Assembly: GCF_009914755.1 (NCBI RefSeq)
Contig: NC_060926.1
Source of the DNA: the human T2T-CHM13v2.0 reference genome, Homo sapiens
DNA: 64,000 nt
Strand: one strand, 5' to 3'
How positions within the stretch are numbered: the stretch's first letter is position 1; each line of letters starts with the position of its first letter. The position numbers and the translations under genes were made by a program. Positions 1 through 15,361 of this stretch are shown here, piece after piece. A model generated the notes under the pieces. That model was not told the DNA's origin. It did no database searches and worked only from the letters and a program-made list of their open reading frames with translations.

Positions 1-108
1 ATGGTTGCTCAACAATGAGAACGTACTTAATGCTACTAAACTCTGTGCTTAAAAATGGTTAAAATGGTCCATTTTAATCTTACATGTATTCTACCACAAT
101 TTAAAAAA
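1..108 (+). mobile_element. L1M (L1MB/MC-like) 3' end fragment
   Basis: 'atggttgctcaacaat...gtacttaatgctactaaact...cttaaaaatggttaaaatggt...ccacaatttaaaaa' resembles the old L1 3' terminus. Confidence 0.7.
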
Positions 109-1618
109 CTATTTGCTACTAATTCACACGTTGCTTCCCTCTTTCATGAATCACAAGATGTTTTCTAAGAGGCCTACAGTGATTTCAGGGGCAGAGGGGT
201 GAACAAGAAGAGCCCCCATTCTCTGCCCCAGCAGGCTGTGACCTGGTGAAGAAGACAAGCCCAAACAAGTAATAAGGGGCCCAGGTCTGAAGGTTCAGAA
301 TGAAATGACTTTTCTCCAGCATCTAGAAGTCACCTTCAGGAAAGCCCATTTTGAGATTTTGGACTGGTATAATTTATAATCACTGGATCATGGAATATGA
401 GGCTGCTAAGGGTCTTCAGATATTCAGATATCGCCAGGACGACAGCCACCTCCTATTGATGAGAACACTGGGATACAGGGTTTTCTGTGAGCAGCTCAAA
501 GCCCCATGGCCAGGGAATCCTTGCACATAATCCCACCCAGCCTCTGGTTTTTATATTTGTCCACAGAGCTTTCCTTTTCACAGCCAATATTCATAAGGAA
601 GGAGTCAGTGTCACCCATGGTCTGTCCAGTGGAGTAAGGTCCTCAGATTTCCAGGGGAGAAGTCCAACCTGCAGGGGCAAGACACACATGAAATGATAAC
701 TCAGGCCTTGCAGAGCACGTGTTTCTTAGATACCCTTGTATCTAAGGGTATCTAAGGGTATCTAAGTACCCCAAAGCGAGTCCTCAGATGCTGAAATGCT
801 TTGTGTTAATCTCAGGCAGCCTCATCCCTGAAGTCATGTTCTCAGCTTCCTAACAGAACAACAGCATTTCAGGGTGAAGCTGGCATTTCAGCCCAGGCCA
901 CCAGCATAGGTTTGTGATCTTAATAAAACCAACATTGGCCTTTTATTTCCTGGAGGTGGCAGAGTTTTCACGGTGTGTAGGATAAAAACACCAATGGATC
1001 CTTTACACTCTCTTGAAATAGAAATCTGAGAAACGTATTCAGGAGGCCACCGCTGGGAACTAGCTCATGTGAAGCACATCAACTCTCCTGGCGCTTTTCA
1101 AAATCCTTACTTATTTCCCTCAAAGTTTGAAGATGTGAAAATTCAGACTAAGGATATAAGATGTATTAAATTGAAAAGTATCAAAAAGGGACTTGCTTTG
1201 TGTGATGGTTAATTGTATGCGTCAACTTGGCTGGGCCATGGTGCCCGGTTGTTTGGTCAAACACCAGTCTCCATGTCGCGGTGAAGGCGATTTTTAGATG
1301 TGGTTAACATTTAAATCAGCTGTCTTTGAATAAAGCCTAGAATCCTTCATAATGTGGGTGGGCCTCATCCAATCAGTTGAAGGCCATAAAAGAAAAGACA
1401 GAAGTTCCCTGAAGAGGAAGAAATTTTGCCTCCAGACAACCTTTGGATTCAAGACTGCAACATCAACTCTTACTGGAATTTCCAACCTGACAGTCTGCCC
1501 TGCAGATTTCATACTTGCCAGCTCCTATAATTGTGTGAGCTAATTCCTGCTCTCTCTCTCCCTGCCCCCTCTCTCTTTTCGTGTGTGTGTGTATGTGTGT
1601 GTGTGTGTACATTATATA

Positions 1619-2056
1619 CAGTTGACCTTTGAACAACACAGATTCAAACTGCATGGGTCCACTTATACATGGATTTTCTTCCACCTCTACCACTCCTGAG
1701 AGAAAAAGACCAACCCCTCCTCTTCCTCTTCCATCTACTCAACATGAAGATGACCAGGATGAAGAGCTTTATGATTATACACTTCCACTTAATAAATAGT
1801 AAACATATTTTCTCTTCCTTATGATTTTCTTAGTGACATTTTCTTTTCTCTAGCATACTTTATTGCAATAATACAGTATATAATGCATATAACATACAAA
1901 ATATGTGTTAATCAACTGTTGATGTTATGGGTAAGACTTCAGATGAACTGTAGGCTATTAGTAGTTAAGTTTTGGGGGAGTCAAAAATTATATGCAGATT
2001 TTGAACCGCACAGGGAGTTGAAACCCTCAACCCACTTGTTGTTCAAGGGTCAAGTG
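1619..2056 (+). mobile_element. Tigger2a (MER28) non-autonomous TcMar DNA transposon
   Basis: TIRs 'cagttgacctttgaacaacac' and 'ttgttcaagggtcaagtg'; preceded by TA. Confidence 0.85.
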
Positions 2057-2057
2057 A

Positions 2058-2073
2058 ATATACATATATCCAT

Positions 2074-2126
<53 letters not shown>

Positions 2127-2152
2127 TGTGTATATGTGTCTGTGTGTGTGTA
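2058..2152. repeat. (TA)n/(TG)n microsatellite
   Basis: Read directly. Confidence 0.95.
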
Positions 2153-3110
2153 TCTCATATTGGTTCTATTTTTCTGCAGAACCTTGACTAATAGATTTAG
2201 AAATCAATCATTGGTACTCATGAAAATATGAGTCAAGCTTTTAGGTGAAAATACTGAACTTTATTTACTGGTTTCTTATTTGTTCTTTGGCATTTTCTTT
2301 GATAAAACACACTTAATATAAGGGTAAATTTGTACTTTCTTCAGAGCTATTCCAGGACTCTAGAATTTTCTCTAGTCCTTACTCTGTCCTTTCTTTAATC
2401 TCTTCCAGAGCCAGAGTCTTCCCCTCTCTGCAGCCCCATCTCGAGGTGTCCTCTCTCCTCCTCTTCTCACCTCCTTCTTTGAGCTCCATGCCTTTCCTTG
2501 CCTTGCAGCTCAGACCTTGTTGCTCCCTGTTCTTTGCTTCCCCGAAGAAGAAAGTCTCTCAGCCCCCACACTCCTCATAGAGGTGTCTATGGCCCCGGTG
2601 GGGGCTGTCCGGTGAAGTCAGAGCGCGACGGAGCCTGCCTGTGCGTGATTCGTGGCTGCTGAGACTTGATACCAGCAGAGGGGCTTTGCCCTGCCATGTG
2701 TTCACTAGCCGCTCAGCCTATTCCCAGGCCCCTCATCTCCAAGACCAGCAGCCCCGCTTCTGTGTGGGTGGTAGTGATCCAGGTGGTGTGAAGTGCAGGC
2801 AGCTCCACCAGAGGTCAGCCCTTAAGCCCTGCAACAGCCTGCGGCAGAGCCAGGAGGACTCTTGCAGGCAGGGAGCTGATGGAGGGATGGGCCCAGCGCC
2901 TTCTGGGTCCGTGCAGGGGGCGGGGCAGGGAGAGGATGGTGGCAGGACCAGGACCTGCCCCGGCACTCCCAGTGCTCTCTGCTGGGCCCTTCTGCCCGTT
3001 GCCTTCCTCCCACCCTAGGCAGAGCCCGAACCTCCACCCAGCCCCACCTGCTTTGGGTCCTTCTTGGGATCTGATTCCAGACTCTTTTGGGCTTTATCCA
3101 GCACACTTTC

Positions 3111-4939
<1,829 letters not shown>

Positions 4940-7239
4940 CCTTCTGTGACTTGACCAGAGATGTGAGCATGAGAAAGTATTGGCTGAGCCTGGTTCTCTG
5001 GTCTGAGACTCAGGGACATTCAGCTCAGTCCCCTTCCACCCGCACACCCCCACCTGATGCTGCTGTCATCGTGCCTCATCTGGCCACATCTCTCATCTTT
5101 GGCTCTGCACTCAAGGTCATCCATAATGCGAAGCCACCTCTCCAGCCATGCCTTAGCTCCCACTTTTCCTGAAAGTGAAGCTCTGCCTCTCTCACCCCGT
5201 GGTCCTTCCCGATGCTCCCATCCTGCAGGCCAAGCCATCCTCTCCCCCACGACTTGCCCCTGCTCCTCTGCTTCCAGCCCCTGCAGTTTTTGTGTTCACT
5301 GCAGACTCTGGGGCCTCCAAGAGTTTGTTTCAAACACCTTCTTTTTTTTCCTTTCATTCCTTGGATCTGCTTACCACGATCTCAGCCTTTAATTGTTGGT
5401 GCCTCCTGGGCAGCAGCCCTTAGTTGTGTGTTGTTTATATCCTTCCCTCATCGACCAGTGCTTGATACATTCTAAATTATTTCAAATTAATTTGTAAAAC
5501 CCACAATTATTATCATTTCACTCATATTCCAGGTCAATTTTGACAAAGGTTTCATAGATTTTCATTGAAAATGACATATATCTTAGGAAGAGTTAATACA
5601 AAGGTGAAGTTTATGTCAATATATATTTTATTTTTTTCAAAATTATAGTATGAAGTTTTTTCTGGAGAAGGACAAATTTTATTGAATTCCTACACAGGAG
5701 TTTCTCTTCTCCTTATCAAATGGTACAGGAATTAAGCATGAAAGGTTAATTCACACAGTCTTAGAACTCTCTCTTCCCTACCTTCTTTCTGCAAAACCAG
5801 AAAAAAAAAGCCTGTTTTCAGTCAATAGCTATTTTATTACTCTGTTTGTTAAATAATTTAACTTTATTTGCAATACTATACCTCCCCCTGGTGGAAATAA
5901 ACAGGCTGTAACAATTACAATCTTTCTTTTTCTGAATCCATTGCAGCGGATTGTGAAAAGACGAGGAAGGAAACAGTAGCTTGTTTATTTCCAGTCCGTT
6001 CATCCCAAACTAGTAATTCCATCTCCATTGGTTCTGTATCTGAAATTTCTTTTTATTCTTTATTTTCCTCCCTAACTTATGATGTTGTATATGGTCTTGC
6101 AACTTAAATTCTTTTGTAATGTTATTCAAATGAAAATTCATAGATTTTCCAAAGTACTTTATTTCCTAAGCTTTCATGTATTAATTAATAATGCTTTTAC
6201 CTTTATGGGCCAATTTTAGACATATAGCCCATCAGTCTGAGCTGATAAGCATAATTGAATAGTGCCTTTGCCTGAAGTAATTTCAGAGAAAGCTAAGAAG
6301 CCTGCTGCTTTAGAAATATTTGGGGTGTTTTTATTAAGAAAATAAGCAAAAAAGCCTAGTGGAATACTATCTTTTAAACCTTTATACTTGTAGAGAACAA
6401 ATCATTTTGTTTAATTGATTTGTTCTAGAGGTGACAAAACTGAGGACCTTACCTGAGATGACAAAGATAGTTAAGTGGTGGGACTGTGATCAAAATGTAT
6501 TAATGGATTGAAAGTCAGGAAGCTGTCTCCTCGCTTGAAACTTAGTGGGCAACCACTAACGACTAAGGAATAGATTGAATGCCTGGGGATCAGTTTTACA
6601 TGGGGAAGTGAATCACAGTTTCCTAGAGTAAATGGAATAACAAAAAAGAAATATCAAGGTGACTGAAAAAAAAAGCATAAAATCTGACACGTAATAAGTG
6701 CTATTTATTAAAAGGCAAAGGCTTCCATCTTCTATTAGAATACAAAACCACAATAGACTGCTGATTAAAAGAGAAGTTACAATTAAATAACATTAAAAGT
6801 TTATTCTATATGGAAAGCATGACAGGCAACGGTGAACAAAACAGATAAATGTTTGGATGGTTTGGCAAAGACGATAAGAAACAAAGTGGTAAGGTGGTAA
6901 CTCTCCCTGCTATTATGGTCTCTGGAGTTTCTCCACTCCTATTTTTTCCAGGCTACCAAACTACTAGCGAGAGAAAGAAATTTTATGACAGCAATGGCTA
7001 GAAAAAATACTTGAGACAAAATTGGACATTTAAATTTATAGAAAGTGCCATCTACAGCTTTAAAAATACATAAAGCAAAAACTGAAATACAAGGAGTAAT
7101 TAACAGAAGCATGAAAGCAGTAGAAGTATGTGTATATACAAATACACACGCACATACTCACAACGCCAACATTCTATATTCCAATCAGGCATGTAAAAAG
7201 TGAGGCCATAAAAGCTTTGTAAAATATCTCTAATTGAGA

Positions 7240-9660
7240 CAAATCAAGTGTCTGCTTTCAGACATAATGGAGTGACTTAAATTGGACTAACTTTCATGCC
7301 AAGAAAAAATCCTATAAAAGCTGAATAAAATGTACAAAATGACTGTGTGAAGCAGTGGGCAGCAACTAATGTAGACAGTACTGAAAGGCACAATTGTGAG
7401 AGTGAGAGAAGGGAAGCACACAAGATAATTTCTTTTTTTTCTTTTCTGGTATTCTTTTTTTTTCTCTCTTTTTTTTATTATACTTTAAGTTCTAGGGTAC
7501 ATGTGCACAACGTGCAGGTTTGTTACATATGTATACATGTGCCATGTTGGTGTGCTGCACCCATTAACTTGTCATTTACATTAGGTATATCTCCTAATGC
7601 TATCCCTCCCCCCTCCCCCCACTCCACAACAGGCCCCGGTGTGTGATGTTCCCCTTCCTGTGTCCATGTGTTCTCATTGTTCAATTCCCACCTATGAGTG
7701 AGAACATGCGATGTTTGGTTTTTTGTCCTTGCAATAGTTTGCTGATAATGATAGTTTCCAGCTTCATCCATGTCCCTACAAAGGACATGAACTCATCATT
7801 TTTTATGGCTGCATAGTATTCCATGGTGTGTATGTGCCACACTTTCTTAATCCAGTCTATCATTGTTGGACATTTGGGTTGGTTCCAGGTCTTTGCTATT
7901 GCGAATAGTGCTCACACAAGATAATGTCTACATTAACCCTGGTTGTTTTCCCTGTGGGAATTTTTTTAAATCGTTGCATGAGGAATAGAGACCACCTCTA
8001 ACAAAGCTGAAAATCAAGCCTCCATGGGACCCAAGGTGATTCACTGATAGAGAACTGCCTGACAGGAAGAAAAAAACTTTCTTTGAAGAAAAACATCATT
8101 ATCGGAGCCTCTACAATTTTTATCTACAATGAGCAAAATAAAATATAAAAATTAAAGGTTATGGTAAAAAAGACAGGACCAAGAGAAACAAACGTTAAGA
8201 AAAATGTAAACATTATATATAGTCTCACAGGTGATTTAGATATTGGAGTTATCAAAGAGAAATTTTAAAAATTGATTAGCCATTCAAGAAAATAAAGGAT
8301 GGCATGGAAAAACAAGAGAAAATATAGAGAATTTCAACATAATTGAATATATATGAACAAAGCAACTGGGCGGTCTAGAACTGAAAAATACAATATTTGA
8401 AATGAAGAATTCATTAGATGAATTTAACAGTACACTGGACATAACAGAAGATGGGGAGGAATAGAATTTATTCAAACTGAAGCAAAGAGAGAAAAATAAT
8501 GGAATGAACAGTACAGAATATTGTGTACATATACAGAATATTGTGTCCCCAAAGGAGAAGAGGGAAAAGAGCATAAATAATATTTGAAGACAGAATGGCT
8601 AAGTATATGTTTTAAAATATAATGAAAGACAACAACCCACAGGTTCAAGAGTCTATGCAAACCCCAAGATAACTAGAATAGGCACATCTTAGTCAAGCTG
8701 CTGAAAACCAAAGACAAAATGAAAATCTTAAAAGCAGGCGGGAATAGTGGGAATACTTTACTTTCAAAGGATCAAGAATAAAGCTTACAGCTGACTGTAC
8801 AACATACTCATGGGAGCAAGTGGAATGACATCTTTAAAGGGCTAGGTATCAGCCAAACTAAAATTTTATAAACATTGAAAATATTAATGAAAATAAAGCA
8901 AAATAAGGAATTTTTGACAAATGAAAGCTGAGAAAATTTGTATCCAGTAGACTTGCACTAAAAGAAATACTAAAGATGGAGAATATCTTCATGACTTTGA
9001 TGTAAGAACCGATTTCTGAAATAGATTTTTAAAAAGACACTAAACCTAATGAACATAATTGATAAATTAAACATAAATTGATGATTGACATTAAGCATTT
9101 CTGTTTACCAAAATAGACCTTTAAAAGAATAAAAATGCAATACCAACAAATATAAATGTTTATATTTGTGAACCATGTACTTGACCAAAGGCTTATATTC
9201 AAGATCAATGAAAAGGAAAATGTGTAAAAAATTTGATCAGGAACTTTCCAAAAGAATCTAAGAAGAACTTCGACTTCATTAGCTACCAGAGAAATACAAA
9301 TTTAAAACACAGTAAGAGACTACCATTTTATTAGCTAAATTCTTAAATACATTCTAGATGAGCTGAAATTAAAAGACTGACTTCATTAAGTGTTGATGAG
9401 GATGTGGAGTAATTCATGTGCACTATTAGTGGCAGTGTAAGTAAATTGATATAAGCACTTTGGAAATCTATTTAGTATTATTTATTAAAATTGAATATAC
9501 ACATATTTTATGGCCCATGCACAAATATACCAAAATATATGCGCAAAAGCATTCATAGCAACATTAAATGTAAAGCTAAAAATGCAAAACAATGCAAATA
9601 TCCTTGAATAGTAGAATGAATATATAAATTATGGTATTGTCATACAGTGAAACACAATTA
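7240..9660 (+). mobile_element. Old L1M remnant (5' region, ORF1-like and ORF2 3' pieces), interrupted by L1PA
   Basis: A-rich degraded ORF1-like text ('ctagaactgaaaaatacaatatttgaaatgaagaattcattagatgaatttaacag') and ORF2-end text ('agtgttgatgaggatgtggag'). Confidence 0.7.
7430..7912 (-). mobile_element. 5'-truncated L1PA (PA3/PA4-like) 3' end
   Basis: 'ttattatactttaagttctagggtacatgtgcacaacgtgcagg'; ORF2 C-terminus 'WIKKVWHIHTMEYYAAIKNDEFMSF'; perfect 13-bp TSD cacacaagataat (7417-7429, 7913-7925). Confidence 0.95.
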
Positions 9661-9779
9661 TTCTCTTAATAAATTTAATCAAGTAGATAAAAGGAACAAA
9701 TGAAATAAGAGATTTCGGAGGGGGGGCCAGATCCATTCTTGATAAAAACAAAGATTTTGTAAGCTAAGAACATACAGAT

Positions 9780-10367
9780 ACTTTTCTGTTTTACTTTTCT
9801 TTTTGGCACTTCAGTTGCAGAGATTTAAATTAGTTATTCTCTTCAGTTCAAGGTACAACATCACCATGATTTGTACAAGACTCCCTCTTGGCTTTTAATA
9901 CATTCATTTTTTTCCCGCCTCCACATTCTCCAATTCTCTCCTCCTTAGTTCTTTCTTCAGATGGAGCTGCCCTAGAGGGTTTGATATGTGTCTTTGGAAA
10001 ATAAGTTTGTGAATGTGTGTGTGTTGGCAGGGGGCGGGGTGGGGAGTGGTGGTGAAGTTAATTCACATAAAGTGTAAACGACATAGTTCCTTGCTTTACA
10101 TTAAATGGTTCCTTATCTTTTCATTATATCTCTTAAGATCTCCCTATGTTACTGTTGCAATATCTGGTGTATTGTCACAAAGCCTGGCAGCTATTTCTTC
10201 ACCTGCCTCAACTTCATTTTCTTATCTATTCCCCTAGCGATGAACACCTAGGTTGCCTCCAACTATCCCCAAATTACTGCGAAGGACATCCTTCTACTTG
10301 TCTCCACACGGACCTGTGTGAGAATCACTTTGGGATACGTATTTGCCAGTGTGATTGTGAAGTAACA

Positions 10368-10400
<33 letters not shown>

Positions 10401-10920
10401 CGCGTGCAATTTCGCAAATCCTGGAAGATTGCTCTTCAGAATGGCTGCAACAATCTCTTTTATGAGGAGTCCTCCCATGCTTCTCTTTTTTCTGGCAAAT
10501 ATAGATATTATTCTACTTTGTCATAGTGATGAGATTAAAGTGATATCTTAATTTCCCTGGGTAGTACAATCTTGAACATCATTTTCATATTCTTGCTAGC
10601 TATTAGCATTTCCTCTCTATGTATTATTTGTTCATATTTGCCTGTTTTTCTATAGGGCTTCTGGTCTTCTTGTTTATTTACAGAAGAAACAAGATTGTAA
10701 TTTCATGGCATTGATTCATTGTTAGTCATAGATGTTGCAAATATCGTTAACCAATCACTCATCTGTCTGTTGTTATTATCTATGTGGTACTTTACAGAAC
10801 AGAAATCTTTAATTTTGATATAATCAAATAATAATTTCCCCCCTTATAATTGTACTACTTTGACTTTTTAAAGAACCGCTTACTTGCCTGGGTCCAAAGG
10901 GATTCCCCGCCTTGTTTTCT
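9780..10920 (-). mobile_element. Degraded L1ME-like fragments
   Basis: 'gatgaacacctaggttgcctcc', 'gatgttgcaaatatc', 'aacagaaatctttaattttgatataatcaaat' are typical antisense L1 motifs. Confidence 0.55.
10368..10408. repeat. (TG)n(CG)n alternating purine-pyrimidine tract
   Basis: Read directly. Confidence 0.95.
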
Positions 10921-11647
10921 TCTTTTTTTAAGTAGGTTTATTGAGATATAATTGATATACAATAAATTACATCTATTTAATATACAATTTGATAAGTTTT
11001 AAAATACATATACACCCACAAAAGATCACCACAGTGAAGATAATGAACCTATCCATCACTCCCCAAAATTTACTCAAGACCCTATAATCCATCTCTTTCT
11101 CTCACTCATTTCCAGTCCCAGAAATTACGCATTTTTTTGTCTCTATAAATTAGTTTGAATTTTCTGGAATTGTATATAAGTGGAAGCACAAGAATATATT
11201 GTTTTTGGTCTGGCTTCTTTCCTTCAGCATAATTATTTTGAATTTTATCCATGTTGTGTGTTAACTCATTCTTTTGTGTTATTGAGTGGTGTTGCCTTGC
11301 GTACATAGGCCACGATTTTATCCATTTACTTCTTTTTGTTGGACATTTGGGTTATTTCAAGTTTTGGATTAGTATAAACAATAATAATTTATAACATATT
11401 TATAATTTTAAATTTATAACAGTATAAGTAATAATACTTGTACTTTGTGCATAAGTCTTTGTATGGATGTGTTTCCAGTTTTCATGGATAAAAGCCATGT
11501 ATGGTAAAAGTCAGTATGGTAAGTGGATAGTTAATATTTAAGAAATTGCTATACTGTTTCGACGTGGTTGAGCCACTTTACATTCCCATCAATAGTGCAT
11601 GAAAGTTCCAGTTACTTTGCATCTTTACCAACACTTGGTATTGTCAT

Positions 11648-11698
11648 TTATCTATCATCTATCTATCTATCTATCTATCTATATCTATCTATCTATAT
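11648..11698. repeat. (TCTA)n tetranucleotide STR
   Basis: Read directly. Confidence 0.9.
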
Positions 11699-12378
11699 CG
11701 ATGACATTCTAATACTTGTGTCGTGGTACCTTGTGGTTTTAATTTTCATTTCCTTAATGATTCATGAGTAACTTTGTGTATGCTTATTTGCCATCTGTAT
11801 ATGCTCTTTGGTGAAGTGTCTGGTCAATTTTGTATCATGTTGTTTTTCTTTTTCAATTGTATTTTTGAGTCTTTCTGTACTCTCCATACACAAGTCCTTT
11901 GTGTATGACTTCGATTACGTCCATGATTTACAGATGTTTTCTTCCAGTCTGTGGCTTGTCTTTTCATTTTTGTAACACTGTCTTTTGAAGAGCAAAGTTT
12001 TTCATTTTGATGAGGTCCAGTTGGCTGATTCTTTTCTTTTGGAATTAGTAGTTTTTATTTTTAAATCCTACTTTTTAAATCCTTGGGAAACCCAACATTG
12101 CTAAGATTTTCTCTTATGCTTTCTTCTGAAAGTCTTTATGTTTTGACTCTTAGATTAAGGTCTATAATCTATTTTGAGTTAACTTTTGTGTATTATGTGA
12201 GGAAAAGATAATTCTTATGTATGTGGCTGTCCAATTGTTCTAGCACCTTTTGTTGAAAACATTGTTATTGCCCCTCTAAATTATCTCTGCACCTTTGTCA
12301 AAAATCAACTGACCATGTAATATGGGTCTATATCTAGACTCTATTTTCTTCCATTGATTTATATGTCTACCTCTATTC

Positions 12379-12665
12379 TTTTTTTCCTTTGAGACAGGGT
12401 TGCACTCTGTCACCCAGGCTGGGATGCAGTCGAAAAATCACAGCTCCCTCAGCCTCCTTGGGCTCAGGTCATCCTCCCACCTCAGCTTCACAAGTAGCTG
12501 GGACCACAGGGGCATGCCACTATGCCCAGCTAATTTCTGTATTTTTTTGGAGAGATGAGGTCTCCCTATGTTGCCCAGACTGGTCTCAAACTCCTGGGCT
12601 AAGGGATCCATCCACTTTGGCCTCCCAAAGGGCTGGTATTACAGGCATGAGCCACTGCACCTGAT
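12379..12665 (-). mobile_element. AluJ
   Basis: 'gagacagggttgcactctgtcacccaggctg...actcctgggctaagg', J-type diagnostics. Confidence 0.9.
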
Positions 12666-15361
12666 CCATTTTTATTCTAATACCACACTGCTTTGATTAC
12701 TGTAGTTCATAGTGTCTTGAAATCAAGTAGTTTAAGTTTTCTAATGTTGTTTTTCTTTTTCAAAATTGTTGTGACTATTCTAGTTTCTTTATATTTCCAT
12801 AAAAATTTTAGAACCAGTTTGTCAATCCCCCCACCCCCAACTCCAAGAAAAAAAATCTGGAATTTTTATTTGTCGGGGATTGCACTGAATGTATAAATCA
12901 AAGTTGGGAAGAACTGACATGCTAACAATATTGAGTCTTTTAGACAATGAACTCTCTATTTAGGGCTATTTATTTAGGTCTTCGTTAAATTTTCTCAGCA
13001 ATGTTTTGTAGTTTTCAGCATACAAATCTTACACATCTTTTGCCAACTTCACACATAAGTACTTAAAATTTTTTGATGCTATTGTAAACTGTATTAATTA
13101 TTCAATTCCAATTTCCGACTTTGCCAGTATATAGAAATATAACTGGTTTTTACATAGTGTCCTTATATCCTGCAATTTTGCTAAACACACTTATTACTTC
13201 TAGTAAATTTTCTGTAGATGCCACGGGATTTCACGATTATGTCATAAGGGAATGAAGACTAGTTTACTTCTTCATTTCCAATCTGGGTGCCTTTTAATTA
13301 TTTTTATTGCCTTATTGCCCTAGCTAGGACCTCCAGTACAACATTTAATAGAAGTGGTAAGAGCAGACATCTATGCGTTGTTCTGGATCTTATAAGAAAG
13401 CATTAATCTTTGATTAATCTTTGACCATTATCTATGACACTGAATGGAGTTTTTTCATAGATGTCGTTGAGTAGGTTGAAGATGTTCCCTTCTATTTATA
13501 GTTTTGTGGGAGTTTTTTTTATGAGTGGATATTGTATTTTGCCAAAGGCTTTTACTGCCTCTATTCAAGTGATCATGTGGCTTTTCTTCTTTAGTCTGAC
13601 AAGTGAGTGATTTCCAATGTTAGACTAGCTTTGCCCTCCTGGGATCACCACACTTTGGTCATAATATATTATTCTTCTTAGATATTGTTGAATGTGATTT
13701 GCTAAAACTTAGTTATGAATTTTTATGTCTACTTTCACGATAGATGTTGATCTCTTATTTTCTTCTTACAATGTCTGTGTTTGGCTTTGTTGCCAAAGTA
13801 GTGCTGGCTTTATAGAATGGATTGGGAAGCATTCCTCCCCATCTATTTTCTGGAAGAGTTTAGATAGAATTGCCATTATTTCCTCCTTAAATGTTTGATA
13901 AAATTTACCGGGGAAACCATCTAGGACCAGAATTTTCTTTGTGGAAATGTTTTAAACTACGAATTAAATTTCTTTTAATAAGTATATGCCAAATACACAT
14001 ATGTTAGATGATTTGAAGCCATCTCACAGTTCATTGATTTTTTTTTCAGGTTTTTTCTCTGCATGCTTTATTTAGTTTCCATTGCTTTGTCTTCAAGTTT
14101 ACTTTCTTCTGTAGTGTCTAATATGTATTATTCCAATCCATTGCATTTTTCATTTCAGATCTTGTATTTGCTTTTATCTCTAGAAGTTTGATTTGGGTCT
14201 TTTTTTTCCCCTGTCCCTTCTGAGTATGCTCATGCTTTCCTCTCCCCTCTTGAAAATATGAAGTCTATTTGTAATAGCTATTTGAATGTTCTTATAGATG
14301 CTATTATCTCTGTCAGTTCTGGTTTGGTTTCTATTGATTAGTTTTTTCTCCTAATTAAGGTTCATATTTTCTTGCTTCTTTGCACACCTGGTCATGTTTT
14401 ATTGGATATTAGACATTATAAATTTTACGTTTTGGGGGACTGGATGATTTTCTATTCCTTAGCATTATTTTAGGTTTTGTCCTGGGACATGGCTAAGTTA
14501 CTTGAAAACAGGCTAATCCTTTGGGGCTTGCTTTTAGACTTTGTTAGGCAGGACCAGAAGAGCCTCTAGTCATTGACTAATTTGGGCCACTGCTGAGACA
14601 GTGCTCACTTGAGTGCTCCTTTTTCATTTAGGTTTTCAATCCATCTAGTATAGTGTGCTTTTATTGAGTCTATGATGTAAGATCCAGTGTTGTTTTCTCT
14701 GTACAATGAGCCAGCTCTCCCAATAATATCTACAAAACAGTCTTTCTTCATTGATGCTGTCTTTACTATACATCAAGTTCTTAATTTTCAAGGAACTTTA
14801 AGATCTGTGCTCTGTTTCATTTGCCTTTATCTGACCTTTACCTGCACCATACCATACTGTTGGAATAACTTCTGTGTCTGTGTTAATTTAGTAGGTCAAG
14901 TCTGTCTTTTTGATCTTCTTTTGTCAAGGTTCACTTACCTATTGGGAATTTTATTCTTCCATACAAATCAATTAGATGCTTAAAATTTTCAAAAAAAAAC
15001 TATCTGAACATTTTAATATAATTGCTTGAAATTTATAGATGATCTTTTGGGAAAATTGACATCTTTAAAAGGTAATTCGCCTCATCCATAGCATACTTTT
15101 ACATTTTTGTTTTTAGTTTTCTTATTTATTCTCTCATAGCACTTTTTTTCATAATGTTCACATGCATAAGGAGATTCTTTGATATTGCATAGTTTTGTTA
15201 CTGCTGTGAATTGCATATTATTTTTTATTATATTTTCTAGTTGTAGTTACCTATGCAGAAAATGCTGTTGTGTTTTTGTGATTTGATCTGGTATCTAGTT
15301 GACTTTTCTAAACTCTCTCATTGTTTCTAAATAGTCAATTATGTTTATTTTTTAAGTGTAG

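Larger units (their letters stand above)
1201..2194 (+). mobile_element. MLT2 (ERVL) solo LTR, interrupted by Tigger2a and microsatellites
   Basis: Starts 'tgtgatggttaattgtatgcgtcaacttggctgggcc'; ends 'ttggttctatttttctgcagaaccttgactaataga', as in MLT2 consensus ends. Confidence 0.85.
10925..14620 (-). mobile_element. L1M (MC/MD-like) 3' UTR + ORF2 and upstream fragments, with nested AluJ and (TCTA)n
   Basis: Begins 'aggtttattgagatataattgatatacaataaa'; long T-rich antisense ORF2 text, e.g. 'ctagctaggacctccagtacaacatttaatagaagtggtaagagcagacatc'. Confidence 0.8.

Noticed and set aside
2590-3030. GC-rich stretch as a CpG-island promoter
   Set aside because: CpG density is only modest and no associated exon is visible; at most a weak regulatory candidate.
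7523-7863. ORFs resembling a protein C-terminus
   Set aside because: L1 ORF2 end and 3' UTR of a truncated, non-autonomous L1PA.
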